Position numbers and translations under genes: made by a program. This document shows, piece by piece, positions 24,694-34,627 of a stretch of DNA of 64,000 nt; position 1 is the first letter of the stretch, and the number at the start of each line of letters is the position of its first letter. The DNA comes from a candidate division FCPU426 bacterium. GTDB lineage: Bacteria; Oederibacteriota; JAAXVQ01; JAUVAV01. A model generated the notes under the pieces. It was not told the origin of the DNA. It worked only from the letters and a program-made list of their open reading frames with translations, and did no database searches. The stretch lies in assembly GCA_040756875.1 (NCBI GenBank), contig JBFLYH010000001.1, positions 32,001 through 96,000 on the forward strand, written 5' to 3'.

Positions 24694-26967
24694 TCAACGC
24701 ATGATGGCGACCTTTAAAACCTCGTAAACCTCATTATCCAGTGTAATGACAACCAGATACAGGCCGCTGGCCACGTCGCCGCAATTCCAGACGATTGTTT
24801 GACCGGCTCCGGCGGGCAGCGACTGCCGGAGCAACGCCACTTTTTCCCCGCCGAAATTGAGAATGGAAATCTGAACGGCTGACGGCTGACTCAGATGCAA
24901 CAGGAAGCTCATGCGATCTTTGGCTGGATTGGGATAAGCCAGGACGCGTTTGTGGTTAAGGGCGACCTGTTCCAACCCGCCCCCGGTTGCAGTTACGGTC
25001 AGCGTGACAGTGGCTGTCGGCGTAGCCGAGAGCGCCGGGGGATATCCGATTGGAGTGGGAGTGAAAGTCGGCGTATCCGGGGCGATCGGCGTCATGGTCG
25101 GCGTGGGCGTATCAGTCTGCGTAGCGTTCAGCGTGGGCGAGGCGGTAGATGAGGCCGTGCCGGTGGCTGTAACTGTGGCCGTGGCTGTGCGCGTAGCCGT
25201 GGCGGTGGCCGTAACCGTTGCGGTCCCTGAAGGCGTAGCGGTCCGGGTGTCAGCCTGAGTGGCCGTGAGCGTAGCGGTGGCCGTGGCGGTAACCGTCGCG
25301 GTCCCTGAAGGCGTGGCGGTCCGGGTGTCGGCCTGAGTAACCGTGGCCGTGAAGCTTGGCGTCACCGTGGGCGTGGAGGTGACGGTTCGTGTGGCGGTGA
25401 AGCTCGACGTGGCCGTGAAGGTCGGGGTGATGGTACACGTGGTGCTGGGTGTGACCGTCGCGGTGGAAGTGAACGTCGCCGTGGGCGGAGTGAGCGTGGT
25501 CGCGGAAATCGTGTTGGAATAATAACTTTCATGCATTCCGTTGTAGGCCCGAATGCGGTAGAAATAAGTGGTGCCCGGGGACAGTCCGGTCACGGGATAG
25601 GAGACCACGTTGCCCACATCTTGGTTGGCATAACCTGGGACCAAATCCGTGCATTCCGCGTTCGTGGCCACTTCCAGCAGATAGCCGGCGGCGCCGGTCG
25701 CGGCGTTCCAGTTGGCCGTGTAACCAGACAATCCCACTCCGGTGGCTGCCGTGGCCGTCGGCAAGGAACCGTTGTATTCGCAGGCGCCTTTGTCCGCGGT
25801 ACCTGAGCGCAGATATCCCCGGCTGTCCACGAAAGGCGCGCTGTTGCCACTGGCCGGATCGATGACCTGGCTGCCGAGGTTGGGAAGGTGCGTGGAGACA
25901 TAACCGCCGTTGGTACTCAGGGCCGCCAGGTTGGCGTTTTGCTTGGCTGCTTCCGTGCCCACGATGTCTCCCGTGGTCCAGGTGTAGGTTTGCGAGCCGG
26001 TCGAACCGATCAAGTTGTAGCCGGAGGAGCTAAAGGAGACCGAGTCCCCACCGTAGAGGCCGGCGGTATCCAGAAAAATGTCCGTGTCGCCCATGCCATT
26101 TGAGGGCAGATTGCCGGCGATGACCGTATTGCGCAGGTTCACGCTGCCGGCGTCCGCAAAGAGCCCGGCTTCATATTGGGCGGATACGTTGGACGTAACC
26201 GTGCAGTTGATCAGGCTCAAGCTGCCAGTGGAATTGTGGACAATGGCCGAATCGGCGTACGAGTTATTGCCGCTGATCGTACAGTTGCTCAGGGTGGCGG
26301 TTTTTCCGGAAGTGCCCCAATTGCAGAGCGCCGACCCGAAGTAGGCGGTATTGTTGTAGAGGACGCAATAGGCCAAGGTGAGGTTGCCGGCGGTGTAAAC
26401 CGCCCCGCCTTCGCATCCGGCTGTCATGGGGACCGAGTTCATGTAAACAGAGGAGCGAAGCAGCGTCAGCGAGGCGCCGGAAGGAACGTAAAAACCAGCT
26501 CCGTGGTTGCTGCCGCCAATGAGAGTATTGTTGACCAGGCAGCACTCGTCCATGGTGACCACGGCCGTGCCGCTCAGGCGGACCCCGGCGCCGTTTTCGC
26601 CGCTGCCGCTGACCCGGCCGTTGGCCAATGTCAGCCGGGAAATGGAAACCGTGCCTGAAGTAATATCGAAAACACGCCCGACATTGTTGCCCGAGACGAT
26701 CAAGTAAGCGGCGCCTGGGCCACGGATGGATAGGTTTTTATTCACTGTCAAGGCGGAGGCTAAAGTAATCGTAGCCGGATAAGTCAGGGAGAAAACGATG
26801 CTGTCGCCGGGCGAGGCGTCGGTAATAGCCTGACGCAAGGTGTTGGCCCCGCTGTCCGCCGTGCTGGTGACGGTAATAAATGCGGCCTTGGCCTCCGTAT
26901 AAAAAACCGCGAAAATAAAAAGTGAAAATGCCAGTGTACGTATAATGGATGCGGCACTTCGTTTCAT
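24694..26967 (-). CDS. Secreted right-handed beta-helix protein with FN3 domain, Thr-rich stalk and C-terminal sorting-like domain
   Basis: Signal peptide ending AKA; VTSTADSG..TLRQAI; GA-G / N.TISGN helix repeats; DSRG..R..TADKGACE; FN3 GLSPGTTYFYRIRAYN; C-terminal LAYPNPA...WNC..VASGLY...KVAIMR. Confidence 0.85.
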   Translation of the reverse strand: MKRSAASIIRTLAFSLFIFAVFYTEAKAAFITVTSTADSGANTLRQAITDASPGDSIVFSLTYPATITLASALTVNKNLSIRGPGAAYLIVSGNNVGRVFDITSGTVSISRLTLANGRVSGSGENGAGVRLSGTAVVTMDECCLVNNTLIGGSNHGAGFYVPSGASLTLLRSSVYMNSVPMTAGCEGGAVYTAGNLTLAYCVLYNNTAYFGSALCNWGTSGKTATLSNCTISGNNSYADSAIVHNSTGSLSLINCTVTSNVSAQYEAGLFADAGSVNLRNTVIAGNLPSNGMGDTDIFLDTAGLYGGDSVSFSSSGYNLIGSTGSQTYTWTTGDIVGTEAAKQNANLAALSTNGGYVSTHLPNLGSQVIDPASGNSAPFVDSRGYLRSGTADKGACEYNGSLPTATAATGVGLSGYTANWNAATGAAGYLLEVATNAECTDLVPGYANQDVGNVVSYPVTGLSPGTTYFYRIRAYNGMHESYYSNTISATTLTPPTATFTSTATVTPSTTCTITPTFTATSSFTATRTVTSTPTVTPSFTATVTQADTRTATPSGTATVTATATATLTATQADTRTATPSGTATVTATATATRTATATVTATGTASSTASPTLNATQTDTPTPTMTPIAPDTPTFTPTPIGYPPALSATPTATVTLTVTATGGGLEQVALNHKRVLAYPNPAKDRMSFLLHLSQPSAVQISILNFGGEKVALLRQSLPAGAGQTIVWNCGDVASGLYLVVITLDNEVYEVLKVAIMR
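25183..25338 (-). repeat. 78-bp tandem duplication in the Thr-rich stalk
   Basis: TQADTRTATPSGTATVTATATAT occurs twice; GTAACCG at 25211 and 25289. Confidence 0.85.
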
Positions 26968-27179
26968 GAGAAGGCCTCTTTTCTTTTTTAAAAACTTGCA
27001 TTTTATTCAAGCGCTGTTTCAAGACTACATGGCGTCTCAACGCGAATATTCATTGCCTATCTACTATTTTCGTCATTACGGGGTATGAATTTATAGGGAA
27101 GTGCAACAAATATGAAGGTGGATCTATTATGAGATCCGCAAAGAAAGCTTGTTGATTTATTTAGAATCTGTGATATATA

Positions 27180-27210
27180 TTAGTAAATAACTAAATTAGT
27201 AAATAAGTAA
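27180..27210 (+). promoter_or_regulatory. Tandem operator-like sites before 27223
   Basis: TTAGTAAATAACTAA (palindromic TTAGT-N5-ACTAA) and TTAGTAAATAAGTAA, 16-bp period, just upstream of a CAGGAG RBS. Confidence 0.55.
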
Positions 27211-27222
27211 ACAGGAGAAAAA

Positions 27223-27702
27223 ATGAATATTCCGACCACATTAAAACACAAGCCGGTCATTGTCTGTGAAAACTATGAAAATATCGACGGAAGATACGCT
27301 TATCGAACGGATACGAAAGGCCTTTCCTTGGGCCTGGCGCAATGGAATGACCGGGGTAAAGTGGAAATATCAGCCAAAGTCTGGCGGTATACGGGCGAGA
27401 AATGGTCGCGCCAATCCGAAGAACTGCCATTGCATCGTGTCTTGGATTTGGCCATCCTGGTTTGCAGGACGCGCCAGTATTTCAACCAAGCCTACCGCTA
27501 CGAAAAGTTGTACGATTCGGCAAAAACCGTTATTGACCGGGTGGGGCTGCAAGGGGATGCCATGACCGTCGCGATTTGCACTGCCAATGACAAGATCGAT
27601 GAGGATATCAAATTGTTCCAGCAGGCGCTCAGTCAGGACGACGAATTAATCAGCGAACGGTTGCACACGCTGGCGAGAATTTTAAAAGAATTGGAGATTT
27701 GA
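27223..27702 (+). CDS. Conserved hypothetical protein (DUF6530-like)
   Basis: IPTTLKHKPV...GLSLGLAQWNDRG...SAKVWRYTGEKWSRQSEELPLHRVLDL; strong RBS. The family name is from memory. Confidence 0.7.
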   Translation: MNIPTTLKHKPVIVCENYENIDGRYAYRTDTKGLSLGLAQWNDRGKVEISAKVWRYTGEKWSRQSEELPLHRVLDLAILVCRTRQYFNQAYRYEKLYDSAKTVIDRVGLQGDAMTVAICTANDKIDEDIKLFQQALSQDDELISERLHTLARILKELEI

Positions 27703-27767
27703 CTTCACCAAGTCTGTTTTTACAGATACACTGAATGTGAAACCTCGCTCTCTTTCAAGGAAACCAA

Positions 27768-28604
27768 ATGAGCAAATTATTTAAAAATTATCCCTTGCCG
27801 GCTTTTTTTCTTCTGGCGTTTTTCTTTTCTTGGGCGTCATGGTCGCTGCTGATCGCCACCACGCCGCCGGGGAAGATGATGGAAACCGGCCCCAGCCCCG
27901 CTTTTCTGGCCATCGCCCTGTTGGGCGGAATGGGGCCCAGCCTGGCCGGAATGGCCATGGCCGGCCTCCTGGAAGGGAAAGCCGGCCTCCGCGGCCTGTT
28001 ATCCGGATTAACCAGACCGCAGGGCGGCTTGCGCTGGTACTTGGTGTCCCTTTTTACCGTTCCGCTTTTGAGCCTGGCGGTCCTGGGGTTGTTTTATTTG
28101 CTTCATCATTCGCTGCCTTTGGGCGACCTGCGCAGTCGGTTGGGCTTGGGGTTGACGTGGCCGTTGTTTTCCAGCTTGGGAGAAGAATTAGGCTGGCGAG
28201 GCTTTGCTTTGCCCAGGCTGCAGCAGCGTTTCAAGCCGGCAGGCTCTGCACTCGCCATCGGTTTGCTGTGGGGCGTGTGGCACTTGCCGGCAGACTACCT
28301 GGGGATCGGCAATCAGGGGTTATTGTTTATTTTGAATTTCGTCATTCTGGGACCGGTGATGCTTACGGGTTTTTCAGTATTGATGACCTGGGTGTACAAC
28401 CGGACCAAGGGAGATTTGTTGGCCATGGTTCTTTTTCATTACAGCATTACCTTCAGCGCCATTGTGCTGACTGTGCCCGGCCTGGCGGGAACCGAGGGCG
28501 TGCAATTCAATCTTCTCTCCGCGGCCGCGGTCTGGGTGGCGGCCGGGTGGGCTTTAGTCCGCATGGCCAAGGCAAGCCAAGACCGGAAAGAGGCAGGAAC
28601 ATGA
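27768..28604 (+). CDS. CPBP/Abi-family (CAAX) intramembrane glutamic protease
   Basis: GEELGWRGFALPRLQ, WGVWHLP, WVYNRTKG...VLFH. Confidence 0.92.
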   Translation: MSKLFKNYPLPAFFLLAFFFSWASWSLLIATTPPGKMMETGPSPAFLAIALLGGMGPSLAGMAMAGLLEGKAGLRGLLSGLTRPQGGLRWYLVSLFTVPLLSLAVLGLFYLLHHSLPLGDLRSRLGLGLTWPLFSSLGEELGWRGFALPRLQQRFKPAGSALAIGLLWGVWHLPADYLGIGNQGLLFILNFVILGPVMLTGFSVLMTWVYNRTKGDLLAMVLFHYSITFSAIVLTVPGLAGTEGVQFNLLSAAAVWVAAGWALVRMAKASQDRKEAGT

Positions 28605-29446
28605 GCAAACCAGACTATGTGCACGGTTATTCGGAGCTGGAGGCCGAGAGGTTGTTTGACCAGGCCAATACGCTCGCCGAATTATTGCATCACGACACCC
28701 GCTTTCCGGCCGGGCACACCGTGCTGGAGGCAGGGTGCGGGGTGGGCGCTCAAACGGCCATCGTGGCCGGAAAGAATACCGGGGTGAAGTTCGTCTCCGT
28801 GGACGTTTCCGAACCGTCCCTGGAAACCAACCGTAAGCAATTGGCTGCTAAAGGGATAAACAATGTCGATTTGCGGCAGGCGGATATTTTCAACCTGCCG
28901 TTTCCCGAGCGAAGTTTCGACCATGTGTTTGTGTGTTTTGTCCTGGAACATCTGGCTGAACCTGTGAAGGCCCTGGAAAAACTGAAGCGGGTGCTCAAAC
29001 CCGGCGGCAGCATTACTGTGATCGAAGGCGACCACGGCTCGAGTCTGTTTTCGCCGTTCAGTAATAAAGCCTGGGCAACCGTCCAATGCCTGATCGACGT
29101 GCAAAAGCGGTTGGGCGGGGATTCGCTGATCGGAAGAACGCTTTTTCCGCTCCTGCGCCGCGCGGGATTCGAAAAAGTCGCGGTCTCGCCACGCTTTGTT
29201 TATGCCGATGACAGCCGGCCGGAATGGGTGGAGGGTTTTACCCGCCGGACTTACATTGCCATGGTCAAGGGAGTCAGAGAACAGGCGCTGGAAATGAACC
29301 TGATCAGCGAAACGGACTGGGATGAAGGAATCAGGGATTTGGAGCGAACAGCCGGACCGGACGGGGTTTTTTGCTACACCTTTTTTAAAGCCACGGCCCA
29401 CCAGGCCGGGGTGTTGTCCCCGGAGAAGGAAGAGACGCATGCCTGA
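28601..29446 (+). CDS. Class I SAM-dependent methyltransferase
   Basis: VLEAGCGVG, SFDHVFVCFVLEHL, RVLKPGG; ATGA overlap with the upstream gene. Confidence 0.92.
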   Translation: MSKPDYVHGYSELEAERLFDQANTLAELLHHDTRFPAGHTVLEAGCGVGAQTAIVAGKNTGVKFVSVDVSEPSLETNRKQLAAKGINNVDLRQADIFNLPFPERSFDHVFVCFVLEHLAEPVKALEKLKRVLKPGGSITVIEGDHGSSLFSPFSNKAWATVQCLIDVQKRLGGDSLIGRTLFPLLRRAGFEKVAVSPRFVYADDSRPEWVEGFTRRTYIAMVKGVREQALEMNLISETDWDEGIRDLERTAGPDGVFCYTFFKATAHQAGVLSPEKEETHA

Positions 29447-30536
29447 CTTTCAGGCGCCGACAGCCCTTGGGTGGAGCCCTTTTTTTGAAAAGCAAATTGC
29501 CCCGGAGGAACGGCATTTACTGGCTGCCCGCGTTGCGGCCGTGCACAAGCATCGTTTTGCGCTGGTGGGCGAGTCAGGCGCGCTTTCGGCCGTGGTGGCG
29601 GGAAAAACCCTGCACATGGCCGCGGCCGAAGCTGATTTGCCGGTGGTCGGTGATTGGGTGCTGGCCAAACCGCCGGTCGGCGGCACCACGGTCATCGTGC
29701 GGCGCCTCGAACGCCGCTCTGAGTTGTCGCGCCGCCGTCCGCTTGACCGCAATGCCAGCACGGCTTCTTCCGAACGCCAGGTCATGGCCAGCAATCTGGA
29801 TTTTGTTTTCATTGTCATGAGCCTGAACCAGGATCTGAATCCGGCGCGCCTGGAGCGGGCGCTGACCGTGGTCTGGAACAGCGGCGCCGTGCCGGTCGTG
29901 CTGTTGAGCAAAGCGGACATTTGCCCGGAGGCGGATTTCAAGGCCGGGGAAATCCAAGCCGTTGCCATGGGAGCCGACGTCCATTTTTTCAGCGGCCTGC
30001 AGGGTCAGGGGCTGGAACGCATCACAGCCTATTTCAAAACCGGCACGACCGCCTGCCTGATCGGGTCGTCCGGCGTCGGAAAGACCACCTTGATCAACGC
30101 GTTGTGCGGGACCCGGCAAAAAACCCTGGCGATCCGGGAAGACGACAGCAAAGGCCGTCACGCCACCACCGGCCGCGCCTTGTTTTTCCTGCCGGGGGGC
30201 GGGATGATCATCGACACGCCGGGCTTGCGCGAAATCGGCTTGATGGATGACGCCGATTTACGGGCTTCGTTCGCGGATATCGCCGGATGGGCGGGAAACT
30301 GCAAATACTCCGACTGCACCCATCAGGTCGAACCGGGGTGCGCGGTGCTGGCGGCCGTGGCCGACGGCCGGATCAAGCGCGAACGGTATGACAGCTACCT
30401 GAAACTGTGCCGGGAATTGGCCTTTCAGGCGGGCAGGCAATCCGTGGCCGGCCGCCTGGAGGCCAAAAAGAAGCAGAAACAGCTGGGGAAGGTGATCAAG
30501 CAATACCAGCAAGAAAACTTCAAACGCAGAGATTAA
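29439..30536 (+). CDS. rsgA: Ribosome small subunit-dependent GTPase A family (RsgA)
   Basis: Circularly permuted GTPase motifs SKAD, GSSGVGKTT, GRHATT, DTPG; Zn motif CKYSDCTH..EPGC. Confidence 0.93.
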   Translation: MPDFQAPTALGWSPFFEKQIAPEERHLLAARVAAVHKHRFALVGESGALSAVVAGKTLHMAAAEADLPVVGDWVLAKPPVGGTTVIVRRLERRSELSRRRPLDRNASTASSERQVMASNLDFVFIVMSLNQDLNPARLERALTVVWNSGAVPVVLLSKADICPEADFKAGEIQAVAMGADVHFFSGLQGQGLERITAYFKTGTTACLIGSSGVGKTTLINALCGTRQKTLAIREDDSKGRHATTGRALFFLPGGGMIIDTPGLREIGLMDDADLRASFADIAGWAGNCKYSDCTHQVEPGCAVLAAVADGRIKRERYDSYLKLCRELAFQAGRQSVAGRLEAKKKQKQLGKVIKQYQQENFKRRD

Positions 30537-30607
30537 TTCCGGGCAGCCGCCGGGCGAAATTGCGTTTATCCATTCAACCTCTGATGTCTCCTTGAAACAT
30601 CCTGGTC

Positions 30608-30648
30608 TTGACAAACACTTGAGGAACCATATAATGCATATATATGCA
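30608..30648 (+). promoter_or_regulatory. Consensus sigma70 promoter with overlapping palindromic operator
   Basis: TTGACA (30608)-16 nt-TATAAT (30630), then the perfect palindrome TGCATATATATGCA (30635-30648). Confidence 0.8.
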
Positions 30649-30665
30649 AAAAGGCGGCATGGCCT

Positions 30666-30971
30666 ATGAGACCTAAGAAAACCCGCTGGATTACCTGCGA
30701 GCCGGGCGAACGTTGTTTCAGGCCCCATTGCAAATCCCTGGATGAATTGCAGGGCGTGATTTTGACTTTGGACGAATTTGAAGCGCTGAGGTTGACCCAT
30801 TTGACGGGTTATGACCAGACCCGGATTGCCAAAGAGATGAAGCTTCACCAGTCAACCATTTCACGAATACTGGATTCTGCGCACCGGAAAGTGACGGACG
30901 CGCTGGTGAACATCAAGGCCATCAGGATCGAAACCGGATGCTGCCAGATCAAGGGAAAGAAACGACAATGA
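30666..30971 (+). CDS. DUF134-family putative DNA-binding regulator
   Basis: MRPKKTR....P....F.P...LTLDEFEALRL...Q...A..M..HQSTISRIL.SAHRKVTDALV..KAI.I. Confidence 0.85.
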   Translation: MRPKKTRWITCEPGERCFRPHCKSLDELQGVILTLDEFEALRLTHLTGYDQTRIAKEMKLHQSTISRILDSAHRKVTDALVNIKAIRIETGCCQIKGKKRQ

Positions 30972-32146
30972 AAATGTGGAAAAACATTTTATGGATGACG
31001 GGGATATTTCTTGGCGTCTATTTTCTGCCGCTGGATAGCGTGCGGTTCAATGCCGCCCTTTACGAGGCTTTGGCGCTGACCAAATGGTATGCGCGCGAAC
31101 ATGTGCTTTTGTGCCTGGTTCCGGCTTTTTTTATCGCCGGTGCCATCACCGTGTTCGTCAGCCAAGCGTCGGTGCTGAAGTATTTTGGGGCCAAGGCCAA
31201 CAAAATGCTGTCATACGGCGTCGCTTCGGTTTCCGGAACCATTCTGGCGGTGTGTTCCTGCACCGTGCTGCCTATTTTCACGGGTATTTACAAGCGCGGC
31301 GCGGGCTTGGGCCCGGCCATCGCGTTTCTTTATTCCGGCCCGGCCATCAATGTTTTGGCAATCATATTGACCGCCAGGATATTGGGGTGGGAACTGGGTT
31401 TGGCCAGGGTGATAGGCGCGGTGGCCTTCAGCGTGGTCATTGGATTGTTGATGCATTTTATTTTCCTTAAGGAAGAGCGCGAACGCCACGCCGGAGAAGG
31501 TTTCGCGCTGCCCCAGGAGGAACAGGCGGGCAGGTCCCTGTTCCGGACGGCCCTTCATTTTGCCTCCATGATCGCAGTGCTCATTTTTGCCAACTGGGCC
31601 AAGCCGCAAACAGGGGATCAGGGGTTGTGGGTGGTCATCTACAACCTTAAATGGTGGCTGACCGCGATTTCCCTGGCCAGTCTGATCGTCATGACGGCCT
31701 TTTGGTTCAAAAGGGGCGAAGTGAAGGCCTGGGGAAGTTCGGCCTGGGATTTTGCGTTGCAGATTCTGCCTTTGCTTCTGGGCGGGGTATTGGTCTCCGG
31801 CTTCCTTTTGGGGCGCGCGGGGCATGAAGGCATTATTCCGTCCCAATGGATCACGCACCTGGTGGGCGGTAATTCATTCTTTGCCAATTTCTTTGCGTCT
31901 GTGGTTGCTGCGTTCATGTACTTTGCCACACTGACCGAGGTGCCGATTTTGCAAGGGCTTATCGGCGCGGGTATGGGAAAGGGCCCGGCTTTGGCGCTGC
32001 TGCTGGCCGGCCCGGCGTTAAGTTTGCCGAGCATGCTCGTGATCCGGAGTGTGATCGGGTCCAAAAAGACAGCGGTTTATGTCTCGCTGGTTGTTATCAT
32101 GGCGACGTTTTGCGGCATGCTCTTTGGCGCGATCGCAGGCCATTGA
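30968..32146 (+). CDS. ArsP/DUF318-family permease
   Basis: HVLLCLVPAFFIAG, LAVCSCTVLP, FLYSGPAIN, YFATLTEVP, GPALSLP. Confidence 0.88.
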   Translation: MKMWKNILWMTGIFLGVYFLPLDSVRFNAALYEALALTKWYAREHVLLCLVPAFFIAGAITVFVSQASVLKYFGAKANKMLSYGVASVSGTILAVCSCTVLPIFTGIYKRGAGLGPAIAFLYSGPAINVLAIILTARILGWELGLARVIGAVAFSVVIGLLMHFIFLKEERERHAGEGFALPQEEQAGRSLFRTALHFASMIAVLIFANWAKPQTGDQGLWVVIYNLKWWLTAISLASLIVMTAFWFKRGEVKAWGSSAWDFALQILPLLLGGVLVSGFLLGRAGHEGIIPSQWITHLVGGNSFFANFFASVVAAFMYFATLTEVPILQGLIGAGMGKGPALALLLAGPALSLPSMLVIRSVIGSKKTAVYVSLVVIMATFCGMLFGAIAGH

Positions 32147-32174
32147 AGGACAATTCTTTGGAAGGGATCGAACC

Positions 32175-32414
32175 ATGAAAATCGAGATTCTGGGTACCGG
32201 GTGCCCGAAATGCAAGAAGCTGACCGAGCTGGCAACCGAAGCGGTGAAGGAGCTGGGGATCGCCGCGGAGATCAGCAAGGTCGAGAAGATCAATGACATT
32301 ATGAATTACGGCGTCATGGTGACCCCGGCGCTCGTGGTGGATGGCAAGGTGCGGGTGGCCGGGCGCATGCCTTCGAAAGAGGAGATCAGGCAATGGATTG
32401 GAAAGAAATCGTAA
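32175..32414 (+). CDS. Small redox-active disulfide protein (MTH895/ArsE-like thioredoxin fold)
   Basis: MKIEILGTGCPKC...YGVMVTPALVVDG...GRMPS. Confidence 0.9.
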   Translation: MKIEILGTGCPKCKKLTELATEAVKELGIAAEISKVEKINDIMNYGVMVTPALVVDGKVRVAGRMPSKEEIRQWIGKKS

Positions 32415-32428
32415 AGGAGAGATGAACC

Positions 32429-32836
32429 ATGGGTGAATGCTGTGGCGGAAGCACAAGACTCATTTATGCCTGTTCCGGGGCTGCGGATGTGGGCGCTATC
32501 AGCGACCAAGTCGCCAGAAGGTTGAGCAAGGAAGGTTTTGGCGGCATGACCTGCCTAGCGGCTATTGGGGCCAATTTAAGCGGATTTGTGGAGTCAGCCA
32601 AGTCGGCGGAGAACATCGTGATCGACGGCTGCAATGTGGCTTGCGGGCGGAAAAACCTGGAGCGCATTGGGGTGAGTGGCAAGGTTTTTATATTGACGGA
32701 TATGGGGCTGGTTAAAGGGAAAACGCCGGTTGAGGATGCGGTGATTTCGGAGATGGCGGCCAAGGTCAAGCAAGGCATCGGCAAAACGGCGCCAAGTGCC
32801 GGAGCAACCTGCGCCTGCAATGGCAACTGCGGATAA
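32429..32836 (+). CDS. DGC-domain putative zinc-binding protein
   Basis: IYACSGAADVG, MTCLA, IDGCNVAC; Cys-rich termini. Confidence 0.88.
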   Translation: MGECCGGSTRLIYACSGAADVGAISDQVARRLSKEGFGGMTCLAAIGANLSGFVESAKSAENIVIDGCNVACGRKNLERIGVSGKVFILTDMGLVKGKTPVEDAVISEMAAKVKQGIGKTAPSAGATCACNGNCG

Positions 32837-32844
32837 GGAGAGTC

Positions 32845-33366
32845 ATGAGGATGATAAACAAGAAAAGCAGAGGTTGTCTGTCCATTCTCGCCATGCTGGC
32901 CACGACGCAGACAGGATGCGGACAAACTATCGCCCAAGAGCAGCAAACGCCCCCCGGAGAGCGTGGGGTTGTTGAGGCGGCGTTGCCTTCTGAACCAGCG
33001 GATGCATCAAATGTGACGCAGGCGGATGACGGAACCGCGCCCATCATGAAGCCGGCGCCTGTTCTGGCAAAGGAACCTCAGGTCGCGAAAGTGACATTTG
33101 TCGAGCTGGGTTCTGTGCGGTGCATTCCCTGTAAAATGATGCAACCCATCATGGCGGAGATCGAGAAGGAATACGGCGCTCGGGTGAAAGTGGTGTTCTA
33201 TGATATCTGGACCGAGGCGGGCAGGCCATACGCCATGCAATACCAAATCCGGGCTATTCCGACCCAGATCTTTCTTGATCAGGACGGCAAGGAGTTTCAC
33301 CGGCATACCGGCTTTTATCCGAAAGAAGAGATTGATAAAGTGCTGAAAAACCAGGGAATGAAGTAA
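32845..33366 (+). CDS. Exported thioredoxin-family protein
   Basis: ELGSVRCIPCKMM (CxxC), IRAIPTQIF; signal-like N-terminus. Confidence 0.88.
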   Translation: MRMINKKSRGCLSILAMLATTQTGCGQTIAQEQQTPPGERGVVEAALPSEPADASNVTQADDGTAPIMKPAPVLAKEPQVAKVTFVELGSVRCIPCKMMQPIMAEIEKEYGARVKVVFYDIWTEAGRPYAMQYQIRAIPTQIFLDQDGKEFHRHTGFYPKEEIDKVLKNQGMK

Positions 33367-34064
33367 TGCTGGTTCAATTATTTTCTTGGCTGAATAATAC
33401 CTTGAACGGAGCACCCTTGATTGCTTTGTCCGGCGCTTTGATCTGGGGGATTTTAAGTATCCTCCTAAGTCCTTGCCATCTGGCCAGTATTCCTTTAATC
33501 ATCGGCTTTATTGATGAACAAGGACGAATTTCCACGAAGCGAGCCTTCCTGCTTTCGCTTCTGTTTTCAACGGGTAATCTGCTTACCATTGCCTTGATAG
33601 GCGTGATTACCAGTTTGCTGGGGCGTATTGCCGGAGATGTCGGTCCGTGGGGCAATTATCTGGTGTCCGGTGTTTTTATTGTTGTGGGTTTGCATTTGCT
33701 GGGAATTATTCCACTGCCTTTCGTGAACCAAACCGGGCAGCCGAATTTCGGGAAAAAAGGTTTGGCTGCCGCCTTTTTACTGGGACTTATTTTTGGAATG
33801 GCGTTAGGTCCCTGCACGTTTGCCTTTATGACTCCTGTACTAGGCGCGGCTTTCAGTTTGGGCGCGTCCAACCTGCCCATGGCCACGGGGTTGGTTTTGA
33901 CATATGCGGCGGGACATGTGGTGGTCATTATTCTAGCCGGAACCTTCACTGAAGTGGTGCAGCATTATCTGGACTGGAATGAGAAATCCAAAGGCGCGTT
34001 TATTTTGAAAAAAGCCTGCGGCGCGCTCGTGCTGGCGGGCGGGATTTATATCGCGTTGAAATAA
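33366..34064 (+). CDS. ccdA: CcdA/DsbD-type transmembrane electron transporter
   Basis: LSPCHLASIP and LGPCTFAF Cys pair in a 6-TM protein. Confidence 0.85.
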   Translation: MLVQLFSWLNNTLNGAPLIALSGALIWGILSILLSPCHLASIPLIIGFIDEQGRISTKRAFLLSLLFSTGNLLTIALIGVITSLLGRIAGDVGPWGNYLVSGVFIVVGLHLLGIIPLPFVNQTGQPNFGKKGLAAAFLLGLIFGMALGPCTFAFMTPVLGAAFSLGASNLPMATGLVLTYAAGHVVVIILAGTFTEVVQHYLDWNEKSKGAFILKKACGALVLAGGIYIALK

Positions 34065-34179
34065 CTCACATACTACTAACCAAAGCCTAACCGTGGATTT
34101 GATGAAAAAAGATACACTGTGTTCCAGATCCGGCGTTTGGCAGGCAAGCTGAGCCACCTAGGCGGAAAGAGGCTATACA

Positions 34180-34614
34180 ATGGGACGAGATAAAATCCGG
34201 GTTTTGTTTGTATGCATTCACAACAGCGCGCGCAGCCAGATGGCCGAGGCATTTTTAAACCATCTGGCTGGCGAACGCTTCGAGGCTTTGAGCGCGGGGC
34301 TGGAACCGGGTACATTGAACCCGCTGGTGGTGGAAGCCATGCGGGAAGTTGGCATTGATATTTCCCGCAATCAGACCAAGAGTGTTTTTGATTTTTATAA
34401 AAAAGGGGAATTGTTCAGATATGTCTTTACCGTATGCGACGAAGCCAGTGGGGAACGCTGCCCGATATTCCCCGGAATTTCAGAAAGAATCCATTGGGGG
34501 TTTCCCGACCCCTCGGCTTTGACCGGAACGCACGAGGAAAAAATGCGTGAAATCCGCAAGATTCGCGATGCCATCAAGGCAAAGATCGGCGAATTCGTTG
34601 GTTCGAATAGTTGA
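34180..34614 (+). CDS. arsC: Arsenate reductase, LMW-PTP/thioredoxin type
   Basis: [23 protein letters not shown]...CP, HWGFPDP. Confidence 0.9.
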   Translation: MGRDKIRVLFVCIHNSARSQMAEAFLNHLAGERFEALSAGLEPGTLNPLVVEAMREVGIDISRNQTKSVFDFYKKGELFRYVFTVCDEASGERCPIFPGISERIHWGFPDPSALTGTHEEKMREIRKIRDAIKAKIGEFVGSNS

Positions 34615-34627
34615 GGGGGCGCGCACT

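Noticed and set aside
27830-28600. 257-aa N-terminal extension of the methyltransferase ORF
   Set aside because: It is an out-of-frame overlap with the CPBP protease gene; the ATGA-coupled start at 28601 gives a normal protein.
29439-30536. RsgA in an accessory-looking operon as a novelty
   Set aside because: Long-form RsgA paralogues in such contexts are common, and all motifs are ordinary.
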